From an uncultured Chloroflexia bacterium (GTDB lineage: Bacteria; Chloroflexota; Anaerolineae; Anaerolineales; Villigracilaceae): 64,000 nt of DNA. Both the position numbers and the translations under genes were made by a program. The notes beneath the pieces were generated by a model. The model saw nothing but the letters and a program-made list of their open reading frames with translations. It had not been told where the DNA came from and ran no database searches. Every line of letters begins with the position of its first letter. Position 1 is the first letter of the stretch. This document shows positions 28,427 to 38,249 of the stretch, in pieces. The DNA is taken from positions 27,921 through 91,920 of the forward strand of contig CAWGWL010000037.1 of the NCBI GenBank assembly GCA_963826215.1. The letters run 5' to 3'.

Positions 28427-29509
28427 TCAGGAAGTAATAAGGTTGCCGCTTTCCTTGTCGTACAAGTTCAACGTTTGTGGATCGAACTTCAACCAGATCT
28501 TTTGATCCATTTGGATCTTGCTGATGCCCATGACCTTGATGGTTAACTCGGTGCCGCCCAGGCGTGCCAATATCGTCGAATCTGCTCCGGAGGGCAGGAC
28601 GGAATAGGCGATAAACTCTGTTGCTCCCGGTTCAGGACGCTCCGAGATAGCGATATCCTCCGGTCGGATGCCGACCACCACTTTATTGATCGCTCCAAAG
28701 GTGTTCACCGCGGTTTTGAACGATCCAAGATCAACGGTGTTTTTTCCACTGACCTCGCCCTCGAGCAGGTTCACCTTTGGGTTACCAATGAAATCTGCCA
28801 CGAAGAGGTTGGCTGGAAAATGGTAAACCTTATCGGGGGTATCGAACTGCTGCACAACGCCTTCCTTCATAACGGCAATCTTGGTGGACATGGTCAAGGC
28901 TTCCACCTGGTCGTGGGTCACATAGATGGTGGTGGCTCCAGACATATGATGCAGGCGCTTTAGTTCGGCGCGCATGTCCATGCGCAGGCGGGCATCCAGG
29001 TTGGATAGCGGCTCGTCCATCAGGAAGACCCTGGGGCGGTATGCGAGCATACGTGCCAGTGCGATGCGCTGCTGCTGCCCGCCGCTCATCTCGCGTGGAT
29101 AACGATCTTCGTAGCCTTCCATCTGCACTTCTTTAAGAGATTCTTTGACCCTCGTATCCATTTCAGCCTTGGGCATCTTCTGGATCTCCAGGGCAAAAGT
29201 AATATTCTTATCCACCTTCATGTGCGGCCACAAGGCGTAGTTCTGGAAGACCAATCCCAGCTCGCGCTTGCTTGATTGAAGTGAAATGCCTTTGTCGTAT
29301 GAATAAACCAGCTTATTGCCAATGTAGATCTCACCGCCGTCCGGATCTTCCAGACCGGCCACGCAACGCAGGAGGGTGGTCTTGCCACAGCCGGAAGGAC
29401 CCAGCAAGGTCACGAAAGTTCCCGGGTCGATGACCAGACTGACATGATCGAGTGCAAGCACTTTACCGAACTTTTTGGTCAAATTATTAATTGTGATGGT
29501 TGTTTCCAT
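28427..29509 (-). CDS. ABC transporter ATP-binding protein (PotA/FbpC/UgpC-like with C-terminal regulatory domain)
   Basis: Walker A GPSGCGKTT, signature MSGGQQQRIALARM, Walker B VFLMDEPLS, H-loop VTHDQ. Confidence 0.9.
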   Translation of the reverse strand: METTITINNLTKKFGKVLALDHVSLVIDPGTFVTLLGPSGCGKTTLLRCVAGLEDPDGGEIYIGNKLVYSYDKGISLQSSKRELGLVFQNYALWPHMKVDKNITFALEIQKMPKAEMDTRVKESLKEVQMEGYEDRYPREMSGGQQQRIALARMLAYRPRVFLMDEPLSNLDARLRMDMRAELKRLHHMSGATTIYVTHDQVEALTMSTKIAVMKEGVVQQFDTPDKVYHFPANLFVADFIGNPKVNLLEGEVSGKNTVDLGSFKTAVNTFGAINKVVVGIRPEDIAISERPEPGATEFIAYSVLPSGADSTILARLGGTELTIKVMGISKIQMDQKIWLKFDPQTLNLYDKESGNLITS

Positions 29510-29521
29510 GATGTCCTCTCT

Positions 29522-31358
29522 TTACATCCCGAGACCTTTTTTAAGACTGCCACCTGTGAAACGGCCGATGAGGGCGTTGCCCGTAACCGTAATTAATACC
29601 AGGAGCAGGACAACGATGTTTCCCATTTGATCCCTTCCGGCTTCAATATATTTCATGGTCAAGCTGGCCAGCAACTGGGTGTCACGCGTGACCAGCAGGA
29701 TAATCAGAGACAATTCACGCATCGTGGTGATGAACGTAAGCAGGAACCCGGAAACGAAACCGCTCATGGTGAGTGGAAAGATAACTCGCCTGAAACGCTG
29801 CCAGACATTGGCTCCGGCTACCTGGGCAGCCTCCTCCAGTTCGTGCCCTACCTGCATCATGGCCGAGACTCCAGAACGGGATGAATAAGGGAGATGTTTA
29901 GCGACCGAAACGATCACCAACAGGGCAAAGGTTCCATAAAGGGAAGGAAGTGGCCCGATCTTCCTTGCAAACATGGCAATATATACGGCGCCAAAGGCGA
30001 TACCCGGAATGACATACGGGATATATGCAAGCTGGTCGACCAGCTTTGCAAGCCGGGTACCCCGTCCCTTAACGATGGCATACCCGAGCAGGACACCCAG
30101 CAGGGCAGTGAAAAAGGCCGTATAAAGGGCAAGTTTGATGGAATTCCAGGCAGTTTGGTAGACCCTCGGGTTAAGTCAGAACTCCCGGCTCGCCGTCGTT
30201 ATATATCGGGTTCTTCTGCCCTATCCAGTTCTGCAGGGTAAGATTGCTGAAGCTGTAATCTCCAGTCCGCAGCAGGAAGGTGTCATAGGTTAACAAACCC
30301 AAAGGTACAATAAGCACCAGCAGTTGAAAGATGATCACAGCTGTAAAGAAGACCTTCTTCATTTTTCTCAACTTGCTTGGGTTAGAGACAAAACCACGAC
30401 CCCCGATGGTCTCATAACTCTTGCGCGTGCCTACCAGCCTCTGGTTGAGGGAAATGGTAACCATGGCAAATAGGATCAGGACGATCCCCAGCACGAACGC
30501 GTCCGCCTTGTCTCCAGCTGCCAGGCTGCCGCGCAGCATGGTTGCGACCACGTAGTACTTGATCGGCGAACCGAGGATGTTAGGACCGCCAAAAGTGCCC
30601 ATCACCTTGGAAAAAGTCATGATGAAACCGGAAAGCAGAGCCGGCAGCACCAGCGGTAGAGTGATCTTGCGCAAGATTCGCCAGCGGTTGGCACCCATGA
30701 GTTCCCCCGCTTCTTCCAGGTTGGAATCGATCGACATCAACGCCGCTGAAACGAAAAGGAAAAAGAAGGTGTAATAATGGAGCGCACAGCAGATGATGAT
30801 CGGCACCGGCCCGTACGACAACCAGTCGGGTGGACTCACTCCAATAATAGCTTCAAACATCCCCGGTGCTCCACCGGAAAGCCTGTTTTTAAACAGCACC
30901 AACCATGCCTGGGCCAGAGTCCAGGAGGGCATGATGTAGGGCAGCAATGCAAGCTGATTGACCAGTTTTCTGCCAGGCATATCGGTGCGGACAACCAGCC
31001 AGGCCAGCGATCCACCGATCAATAACGAAAGCACAACCGTGCCGATGGCAATGGTCATCGAATGCTGAAGAGGGGTGTAGGTGTAGATCCTGCCAAAGAC
31101 ACCGGTCAGCATCCTGATCCAGTGAAAAGCGGTCAATCCTCCCACCTCGGCATCCGGGACACGACCGAGATCCGAAATCTGCCAGGTAACCGTGGTCTCG
31201 ACCAGTTTGTACAATGGGATGATGACCATGTAGAACAATATGACCAACATGATCAATGCCAAGACAACATGTGGCTTGGTCAGCCAGTGGAAAAACCTAC
31301 GGGAAGCGGCCAACAGGCGTTGGGGAAAGGGTTGTGAAGCTGTTGCGGGTACAGCCAT
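29522..31358 (-). pseudogene. Two-domain (fused) ABC permease of the FbpB/AfuB type, frame broken once as assembled
   Basis: ORF 30171..31358 holds the first MetI-like domain (EAA loop EEAGELMGANRWRILRKITLP). My translation of 29975..30170 in the frame of ORF 29522..29974 gives NPRVYQTAWNSIKLALYTAFFTALLGVLLGYAIV... with no start codon, then the second EAA loop EEAAQVAGANVWQRFRRVIFP. The junction is confined to ACTTAA at ~30171-30176. Confidence 0.8.
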
Positions 31359-31386
31359 GAGTGATCTCCTTTATCAGCGAGTCTTG

Positions 31387-32268
31387 TTACGGGTGAGAGC
31401 CATTGGTTCTTTTGAGACGCTCGCGCAATTGGTCCAATTTGTCGAGATTGGTCATCACTTTTTCCTGGTCCACTGAACTTAAAGACAGGAGTAAGGCATT
31501 GAGGATCGTCATCGGGACTGTCAGGGAATGGAAAGCAGATACGGGACCGCGGCGCGCGGAAAGAACGATATCTGCTTTATCCCCCACCATTGGTCCAAGC
31601 GTGTCGGTTAACAGGATTACCGGGGTCTTGTTCTGGTTGGCGTACTCCAGCACCATCTGCAGGTCGGGAGTCAAGTTGAAAAAGCCTATGGCGATCAGCA
31701 AGTCAGTGCTGTTCATAAGCAGCATGGGCTCGAGCATTTCCCGCCCGGAAGAATTCAACGGGATTACGTGACGGGCGGAACGGGTCAAACGAATTTCCAG
31801 CAGGTCCACCAGTGAAAGGGAAGGACCCAGACCGAAAACAAAAACGCGCTGGTGAGTGCGAAGCAACTCAACAGCCGCTTTCAGGGCTTTCCGGTCAAGA
31901 GTTTGCATGGCTTCCGTGAGGTAATCGATCTCGGATGCCACGAGCCGTTCAAAGATATCCCCCGCTTCACGCAGGTCATCCAGGCGGCTGCGCAGGCGGG
32001 CGGAATGGGTCATTCGGTGGCGGAAATTATCCTGCAACGCCATCCGCATTGCAGGGTAACTGTCAAAACCGAGGGTGCGCGCAAAGCGGACCATGGTGGC
32101 TTCACTGAGCTGCAGTCGATCCGCGATTTCACCTGCAGCAAGAAAAGCTGACTCGTCCTGGTTCTGGTTCAGGTAATTGGCGATCCGTTTCTCGCTCTTG
32201 GTAAGCTGGGAAAATCGCTCACTGATCAATTGGCTGAAACCGACTGGGCTTTGGGTTTCTGGGTTCAT
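31387..32268 (-). CDS. MurR/RpiR family transcriptional regulator (HTH + SIS phosphosugar-binding domain)
   Basis: HTH_6 region LTKSEKRIANYLNQN...IADRLQLSEATMVRFARTLGF. SIS region RVFVFGLGPS... Confidence 0.85.
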   Translation of the reverse strand: MNPETQSPVGFSQLISERFSQLTKSEKRIANYLNQNQDESAFLAAGEIADRLQLSEATMVRFARTLGFDSYPAMRMALQDNFRHRMTHSARLRSRLDDLREAGDIFERLVASEIDYLTEAMQTLDRKALKAAVELLRTHQRVFVFGLGPSLSLVDLLEIRLTRSARHVIPLNSSGREMLEPMLLMNSTDLLIAIGFFNLTPDLQMVLEYANQNKTPVILLTDTLGPMVGDKADIVLSARRGPVSAFHSLTVPMTILNALLLSLSSVDQEKVMTNLDKLDQLRERLKRTNGSHP

Positions 32269-32349
32269 CGAATGACCTCATCCTCAAACCGCAACAGAAA
32301 AGATTGACTTTCATTATTCATTAATTTGAAATTCAACTTTCATTTGGAT

Positions 32350-32378
32350 ATAATACAACAATACTATAAGAATTGCAA
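32350..32378 (-). promoter_or_regulatory. Candidate sigma-70-type promoter for the rpiR-ABC-HAD operon
   Basis: Minus strand TTGCAA (32373-32378), 17 nt, TATTAT (32350-32355). Embedded in a ~37-nt element repeated at 41439-41480. Confidence 0.35.
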
Positions 32379-32409
32379 GTGTTCTTTCATAAGAGGTGTC
32401 ATTTGTCAT

Positions 32410-33669
32410 TTATGAAGCGGGTAAATCAGCGGAAACACCTTCCTTGATTACTTCATCCCCGTTGTACATCCAAAGCTGAGGGATCTTTTTCACCACAATC
32501 CAGGTAGCGAGGATGCACCCCACCCCCCCAGAGATGATCGCGAATGGGACCCCCAGGAGCTGCGCCACCAGACCAGATTCCACTTCTCCGAGCTGGGGAC
32601 CACCCTTGAAGAATATCTGTGTGATGCTCATCATGCGGCCGCGCATTGCATCCGGAGTCTGCAGTTGTCTCACCGTATTTCGGATAATTGAACTTAAACC
32701 GTCAAAGATGCCAATCAAGATGAGCGCCAGCATGGTTAACCAAAATGCGGTGGAAACCCCAAAGAGTATGGTCGCCAGGCCAAACATCGCAACGGAAATG
32801 GAAATCAACATTCCCTGACGAAGTAGTCTTGTTTTCTGTGATAAATATAGCCCAATGGACAAGGTGCCAATTGCCTGGGCGGAGGACAACCAACCGTAAT
32901 GGATCGGACCAACATGCAGGATATCCTGTGCAACGAAGGGCAAGAGGGTATTCGCTGATGAGAAAAAAGTACCAAAGAAATCCAGGATCATGACCGAGAA
33001 AATGATGGGGGAATTTCGGATAAATTCAATCCCTTCACGAATATCGCGAAATGTTCCCCGAAGTTCAAAGGTCTTTCTTTCAATGATTGTTTGAATATCT
33101 CCCATTGCGACCAGGGCTGCAATAACAGCCAGGTAGGAAATGGCATTAATCCAATATGCCCACTGCAGCCCCCAAAAGGCAATCACCACCCCGCAGATCG
33201 CGGGTCCAAGAATACCGCCCACTTTGGAAGCGATGGAGGTTAGACTGTAGGCGTTAGCCAGGTTTTCGCGCGGCACCAGAGAGGGGATGAGAGCCTGGCG
33301 GGCAGGACCATCAAAAGCCACCGCCACCGACTGCATAGCCATCAGACCAAAAATCATCCATAAGGACACAACACTCAACGCTGTTGTCAGACCAAGGAGC
33401 AACGCAACCAGTCCTAATGCAAGCTGGGTGAGGATGGCCATTTTTCTACGGTCGAACCGGTCTGCAGCCACCCCTGCCACAAGGGAAAGCAGGACCACCG
33501 GCAAGAAGCGCGCCAAGCCGATGCCGCTGATAACCATGGGCTGGTCTGACAAGGTGCGGAGATGCCAGTATAGAGCCCACAACTGCATCTGTGAACCCGC
33601 AATGGAGATCAGATGACCAATCCAGTAGAGCATAAAAGGTCTGGATTTGAGAGCGGGGGGAATAATCAT
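32410..33669 (-). CDS. MFS transporter
   Basis: 12-TM pattern and a D-R-F-D-R-R-K loop (AADRFDRRKM) after TM2. Start placed at ATG 33669, 7 nt after the upstream HAD stop; the ORF-track start 33720 would overlap by 44 nt. Confidence 0.8.
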   Translation of the reverse strand: MIIPPALKSRPFMLYWIGHLISIAGSQMQLWALYWHLRTLSDQPMVISGIGLARFLPVVLLSLVAGVAADRFDRRKMAILTQLALGLVALLLGLTTALSVVSLWMIFGLMAMQSVAVAFDGPARQALIPSLVPRENLANAYSLTSIASKVGGILGPAICGVVIAFWGLQWAYWINAISYLAVIAALVAMGDIQTIIERKTFELRGTFRDIREGIEFIRNSPIIFSVMILDFFGTFFSSANTLLPFVAQDILHVGPIHYGWLSSAQAIGTLSIGLYLSQKTRLLRQGMLISISVAMFGLATILFGVSTAFWLTMLALILIGIFDGLSSIIRNTVRQLQTPDAMRGRMMSITQIFFKGGPQLGEVESGLVAQLLGVPFAIISGGVGCILATWIVVKKIPQLWMYNGDEVIKEGVSADLPAS

Positions 33670-33676
33670 CTGGTTT

Positions 33677-34468
33677 TTAATCTTTTGTATGCGGCGATAC
33701 GCGCATTGGGAATATATCAAGCAAATCGTTCAAAGAATGGATGATGGCGTCGGGTTGGATCGGCTGACCTTGTTCATCTGGTCGTGGTTTACCATCAGGT
33801 TCGATAATTATTCCCATGGCAAAGCCTGCGCGTTTGCAGCCAACCACATCGCGCGAAATCCTGTTGCCGAGATATGCACAATGCTCCGGGACTACGCTCA
33901 TTTTGCGGGCGGCTTCCCAGAACATTTCAGGAGCGGGTTTCCGGCTTTTCTCAGCTGAAGAAAGGACAACAACTTCAAAAAGTCCTTTCCAACCAAAACC
34001 AACAATACTACGCGGAATATCCAGGGAAGACATGCTGTTGCTGATCACCCCAAGTCGATAACCACGCTGCTTCAATTCGAGGAGCGTTTCCTCTGCTCCC
34101 GTTTGGGGGAGCGAGCGTCCTTTGCGATCCTTCCATGCAAGGGAAAGTTCCTCTGCCACAGGTTCGATCAGGTCGTATGGAATATCAGGAAGGAGCCAAC
34201 GAGTCCAAATCTCCTTTTCAGATAACTGCAGCAGATTCTCCTGCGCCCATTGGCCATAGGCTTTATAACGGCGAGCCAATTCCTCCCAAAACCCGTCAGG
34301 AACATCATCTCTTCCCATCAATTCCAGCATTCGGGCGACCGCCGCGTTCTGGGTGGGTGCGTGGAATTCCGTCCTTCGAAGCGTTCCATTCATATCGAAA
34401 AGGATCGCCTCGATATCTGGGCAGGGAGCTTTAGCCATCCTGTTGCGGACCAGTAATGGATTCATCAT
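33677..34468 (-). CDS. HAD-superfamily hydrolase (same subfamily as 39861..41343)
   Basis: LFDMNGTL, VISNS, SRKPAP, LGNRISRDV. ATGA start/stop overlap with the upstream kinase gene. Confidence 0.85.
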   Translation of the reverse strand: MMNPLLVRNRMAKAPCPDIEAILFDMNGTLRRTEFHAPTQNAAVARMLELMGRDDVPDGFWEELARRYKAYGQWAQENLLQLSEKEIWTRWLLPDIPYDLIEPVAEELSLAWKDRKGRSLPQTGAEETLLELKQRGYRLGVISNSMSSLDIPRSIVGFGWKGLFEVVVLSSAEKSRKPAPEMFWEAARKMSVVPEHCAYLGNRISRDVVGCKRAGFAMGIIIEPDGKPRPDEQGQPIQPDAIIHSLNDLLDIFPMRVSPHTKD

Positions 34469-35679
34469 TTCTTGTATTCGCCCCGGTTGATTATTTCAAC
34501 AATTTTTTGAGTCACCCAGAGAGCTGCTCCCGTGGTGTCAACAACAATATCGCACACTTGCATCAAAGGACGATAACAATCAACGGCTCTTAAAAATTGG
34601 GTCTGGAAGAACCTGTTCCGAAAATAAGCGGGGTCGTATTTCTTGCGGTAATCAATATCGCGTTTCCATTTTCTTTTAAGCCGAATGGGGTCATCTGTCA
34701 GATAAACTGCTTTGATCCCAATCATGCTGGAGAGTTCTTCAATTTGAAACGGAAAATTGCCTTCCATAAAAATGATATCAGCGGGTTCGATCTCAAGGGG
34801 GACACGACCGGCTTTCAAATTGCCATCCAGGTCATGGCTGGAGGTGGCATTTACAAAATCATATCTTGGGATGGTGATCTTCCTCCCCTGGAGGATTATT
34901 TCCAAGCTTTGCATGAGCAATCCAAAATGGGTCAATTCTTTCCCCATCGATTTATTTTCACGAGAAGCCCGGTCAAGGAGGAAATTGTCAATCTCAATGG
35001 TCGAAAACTTTCTTCCTTCCCTGGTAAAAAGTTTATACAGGCGTTCCGTAATCTCCGTTTTCCCAGCCGCTGTTGGTCCTGCAAGGGTGATGAGTATCGG
35101 GGTGCCACGAACATCAATTAGCGTCTTGATACAATCAACAAACGCTTGATCTATCTCGGAATTTGCTTCTTTGAAATCCTTGTAACCAATTTCCTGATAA
35201 TTCTCAAATTTCCGCTGCCTTTGCTCAAATCTTTTATAAGGTTTGCCACCAAAATGAGCCAATACATCTTCTGTAAAGTAGACCGTCCTGGGTAGAAAAT
35301 AGAATCCTCGAACATCGAAATAGAAGTGGGTCATCACCCATTCTTTGGAGTATTCTCCGTTTACAAGTCCTTTGAAAAGCATGCGTGTCAGGTGAACAAT
35401 ATTTTCATCCAACACGATCCTGCTGCCACTCACGGGTTTGAGCTGGATGCCAGTATAGAAATCACGACTCCCGATCAAACGGATGATTTCCTCTTTTTTT
35501 TGCAGTTCCACTGAGTCCCAACCAGCACCTGGGGTTATGTTGTCGAGGGCGTAACAAAATTCATACAACTCCAGAACTTCAACACCCACATTTACATGCT
35601 TCATTATCTCAAATAGAAATCCAGGAAACAAATCTGGGGTACAAGACGTGCCAGACATTTCCATCCTTTCAGCTTTCAC
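34465..35679 (-). CDS. PRK/uridine-kinase-family P-loop kinase with ~190-aa N-terminal domain of unknown function (paralogue 2)
   Basis: Walker A LAGPTAAGKTEI at about residue 200, followed by IEIDNF..., FMEGNFPF, LKRKWKRDIDYRKKY. Aligns end to end with 35669..36862. Confidence 0.6.
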   Translation of the reverse strand: MKAERMEMSGTSCTPDLFPGFLFEIMKHVNVGVEVLELYEFCYALDNITPGAGWDSVELQKKEEIIRLIGSRDFYTGIQLKPVSGSRIVLDENIVHLTRMLFKGLVNGEYSKEWVMTHFYFDVRGFYFLPRTVYFTEDVLAHFGGKPYKRFEQRQRKFENYQEIGYKDFKEANSEIDQAFVDCIKTLIDVRGTPILITLAGPTAAGKTEITERLYKLFTREGRKFSTIEIDNFLLDRASRENKSMGKELTHFGLLMQSLEIILQGRKITIPRYDFVNATSSHDLDGNLKAGRVPLEIEPADIIFMEGNFPFQIEELSSMIGIKAVYLTDDPIRLKRKWKRDIDYRKKYDPAYFRNRFFQTQFLRAVDCYRPLMQVCDIVVDTTGAALWVTQKIVEIINRGEYKK

Positions 35680-36862
35680 TCAGGATTTCCGAAAATTCAG
35701 GTGTCACCCACAGGGAAGCGCCTGTGGTATCCACGCAAATATCGCAAACCTCCAATTGAGGCAGATAGGCGATCTCGGCCATAATGAACTGGTCTTTGAA
35801 AAACCGATTCCGCAAATAGGATAAGTCATATTTCTTGCGGTAATCGATATCCCTTTTCCATTTGCGTTTCAGGCGTACTGGATCATCAGTCAGATAAACT
35901 ACTTTTATACCGATTAAATGGACAACTTCCTCAAATAAAAAGGGGAAATTACCTTCGATAAAAATTATATCGGCCGGTTCAATCTCGATTGGAGCGGATC
36001 CCGGTTTCAAATTACCTGCCAGGTCGTGGCTGGATGTAGCGAAAACAGTATCGTAATACGGTATGCAGATCTTTTTCCCAAGCGTGATGTCTATAAGGCT
36101 TTGCTTGAAAAGTTCAAAATGAAAGGCTTGTTTGCCTTGCGAATGAATCCCCATTGCCTCCCGGTAATCCCGATCAGTAAAGAAATTATCCAGTTCGATG
36201 GTCGCAACATCCTGACCCGCATGCCTGAATGCCACGCTCAACCTCTCAACGATTTCGGTCTTTCCCGCTGCAGTTGGTCCTGCAATGGCCAGGAGGATCG
36301 GCGTCCCGCGAAATGCGATGATTTTCTTCACGCTCTCGATGAAAAGCGCATCGATATCAGCATTCGCTTCCCTAAAATCCTTGTACCCCAAATCCTGCTT
36401 ACACTCGAAGTTGTTTTGTTTTTTTTCGAAACGTTTATACGGTTTATCACCAAAATGTGCCCGTATCATGTCGGTGAAGTAATGCGTGCGATGGAGAAAA
36501 TAAAACCCCCGGATATCAAAATAAAAAAGAGATTTTACCCAGTCCAGGTCATACTCACCAGTTACCAAGCCCACGAATAGCATTTGCGCCAACCGGATAA
36601 TTTCTCCATCCAGCACAATCCGGTCACCAATTTTCGGCTTGATCAGAATGCCATCGTAGAATTCACGACGACTGAGACGAAATTCGATTTCTTTTGCGTC
36701 ATCCAGCGTTATGGACCCCCAACCATTTTCGGGGAGCAGGTCGTTTAACCCGTAACGGAATTCGTAGAGTTCCATCTCCGAAATGCCTGGGTTTACCAGT
36801 TTCATGCTTTCAAAAAGGGCTTCTGAAAAAGCATCCGGGTCATTCAAAATCAATGTGGTCAT
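35669..36862 (-). CDS. PRK/uridine-kinase-family P-loop kinase with ~190-aa N-terminal domain of unknown function (paralogue 1)
   Basis: Walker A IAGPTAAGKTEI, IELDNF, FIEGNFPF, LKRKWKRDIDYRKKY. Start taken at MTTLILND (ATG 36862, AGGAA upstream). Confidence 0.6.
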   Translation of the reverse strand: MTTLILNDPDAFSEALFESMKLVNPGISEMELYEFRYGLNDLLPENGWGSITLDDAKEIEFRLSRREFYDGILIKPKIGDRIVLDGEIIRLAQMLFVGLVTGEYDLDWVKSLFYFDIRGFYFLHRTHYFTDMIRAHFGDKPYKRFEKKQNNFECKQDLGYKDFREANADIDALFIESVKKIIAFRGTPILLAIAGPTAAGKTEIVERLSVAFRHAGQDVATIELDNFFTDRDYREAMGIHSQGKQAFHFELFKQSLIDITLGKKICIPYYDTVFATSSHDLAGNLKPGSAPIEIEPADIIFIEGNFPFLFEEVVHLIGIKVVYLTDDPVRLKRKWKRDIDYRKKYDLSYLRNRFFKDQFIMAEIAYLPQLEVCDICVDTTGASLWVTPEFSEILSES

Positions 36863-36975
36863 GATGTAATTCCTATTTGCGAAGGTTTTGGGGGATGGAT
36901 AGTAATATGGAAAATCCATTCAAGCCCAGGATCTTCCTGCAAATCTGCATGTGAGCTCTCGAACAAAACAACTCA

Positions 36976-38187
36976 TCAGGCACTAAATTTTTCCAAGCGG
37001 TGGGCATTAGCCAGCGCAATTGGCATGATATGCTTCGCCGGCAACACACCAAGACTGCCGCGCCCGCAAGCCCGTTCTCCGAATTCGGCGATGCCGTCGG
37101 CGCGGACATATTTACCATAAACCAAAGTGGGCACCGGATGCCAACTGTGCCCTTTAAGCACTGCCGGTGTGGAGTGGTCACCACTGACAATTATCACGTC
37201 CGGTTTCAACGAGATTAATCGCGGTATAAGGCGGTCTACTTCTTCAATTATGCTTACCTTGCGGGCAAAGTCGCCATCCTCGCCAGCAATATCGGTATTT
37301 TTGACATGCAGGTAGAAGAAATCAAAATCGTTCCAATTCTTTTCCAATGTCGTAAATTCATCACTTTCCGACCCGCCGTCGACCGGAAGCACCTGCATCC
37401 CAACCAGTTTTGCGATGCCGCGATAGGTCGGATTCAACGCAATTGCAGCTGCACGTAACCCAAAAACTTCCGGAAATGGCGGAAGATCAGGATAACTATC
37501 AAATCCTCGAGTGAGAATCATATTCGCAGGTTGTTTCGGGGTGTAGTCCAACAACAGCTTGTGGGCGCGCTCCACAAATTGATTTACCAGCCGAACTGTT
37601 TTTTCCGACTCCGGATTTAGCGCACGCACCGGGTGCGGAAGGCAGCCATTTTTTAGAGGGTCAGAGCCCGTCACTGAACTACCCAGCCCGGGGCCGCGCA
37701 TGACAATCGCAAGGCGATGTTCCTTGACTGTCTCGACGAAGAATTCGATATCTTCAATTCTGGCAGCCAGTAACTTTGATAACTCCCTGCTCGTTTCGGT
37801 GGGTATTCGGCCGGCGCGTCGATCTGTCACCGCCCCAGATTCATCCACCGTACAATAGTTACCGCGTGCGGCAACATCGTTGGGTCCCAGGTCGAAATCA
37901 ACGCCGACAGCTTCCAAAACACCGCGTCCTATCCGGTACCGGAACGGGTCATACCCAAAAATACCAAGGTGACCAGGACCGCTTTCCACTGTAATTCCGG
38001 GCCCGACTGGAACTGTGAGCCCAAGAGCCGACAGTGCTGCAAGAGCATCAAGATTAGGGGTAAAGGCGGTTTCCAACTCTGTTTTACCGCCTGGTTCCAG
38101 AGGCAACCCCCCCAACCCATCCATGATAATCATGGCGATTTTTGTTCGAGCTGGAATTATCAATTCGCGGATAAATTGTAGGTCCAT
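36976..38187 (-). CDS. ApgM-type (archaeal-type) cofactor-independent phosphoglycerate-mutase family protein (alkaline-phosphatase superfamily)
   Basis: IIMDGLGGLP, TPNLDALA, ...IIVSGDHSTP, ...HSWHPVP motifs. Start taken at MDLQFIREL (ATG 38187). Confidence 0.7.
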   Translation of the reverse strand: MDLQFIRELIIPARTKIAMIIMDGLGGLPLEPGGKTELETAFTPNLDALAALSALGLTVPVGPGITVESGPGHLGIFGYDPFRYRIGRGVLEAVGVDFDLGPNDVAARGNYCTVDESGAVTDRRAGRIPTETSRELSKLLAARIEDIEFFVETVKEHRLAIVMRGPGLGSSVTGSDPLKNGCLPHPVRALNPESEKTVRLVNQFVERAHKLLLDYTPKQPANMILTRGFDSYPDLPPFPEVFGLRAAAIALNPTYRGIAKLVGMQVLPVDGGSESDEFTTLEKNWNDFDFFYLHVKNTDIAGEDGDFARKVSIIEEVDRLIPRLISLKPDVIIVSGDHSTPAVLKGHSWHPVPTLVYGKYVRADGIAEFGERACGRGSLGVLPAKHIMPIALANAHRLEKFSA

Positions 38188-38249
38188 TGAAAGACTCCCA
38201 TTCCATTCCAAAACCGGGACACATGCCAAGTGCGATGGCGGGACTACCA

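Noticed and set aside
29914-30132. 72-aa ORF filling the gap between the two permease ORFs
   Set aside because: It is a third-frame artefact. The adjacent frame, continuous with 29522..29974, translates to MetI-type TM helices (AWNSIKLALYTAFFTALLGVLLGY...). It therefore explains the gap as part of one fused permease.
32326-32354. Near-consensus plus-strand promoter TTGAAA-17 nt-TATAAT pointing antisense into the MFS gene
   Set aside because: No plus-strand gene lies downstream, and the region is AT-rich, where consensus-like hexamers arise easily. It cannot be distinguished from chance without transcript data. It is noted because it overlaps the minus-strand promoter candidate.
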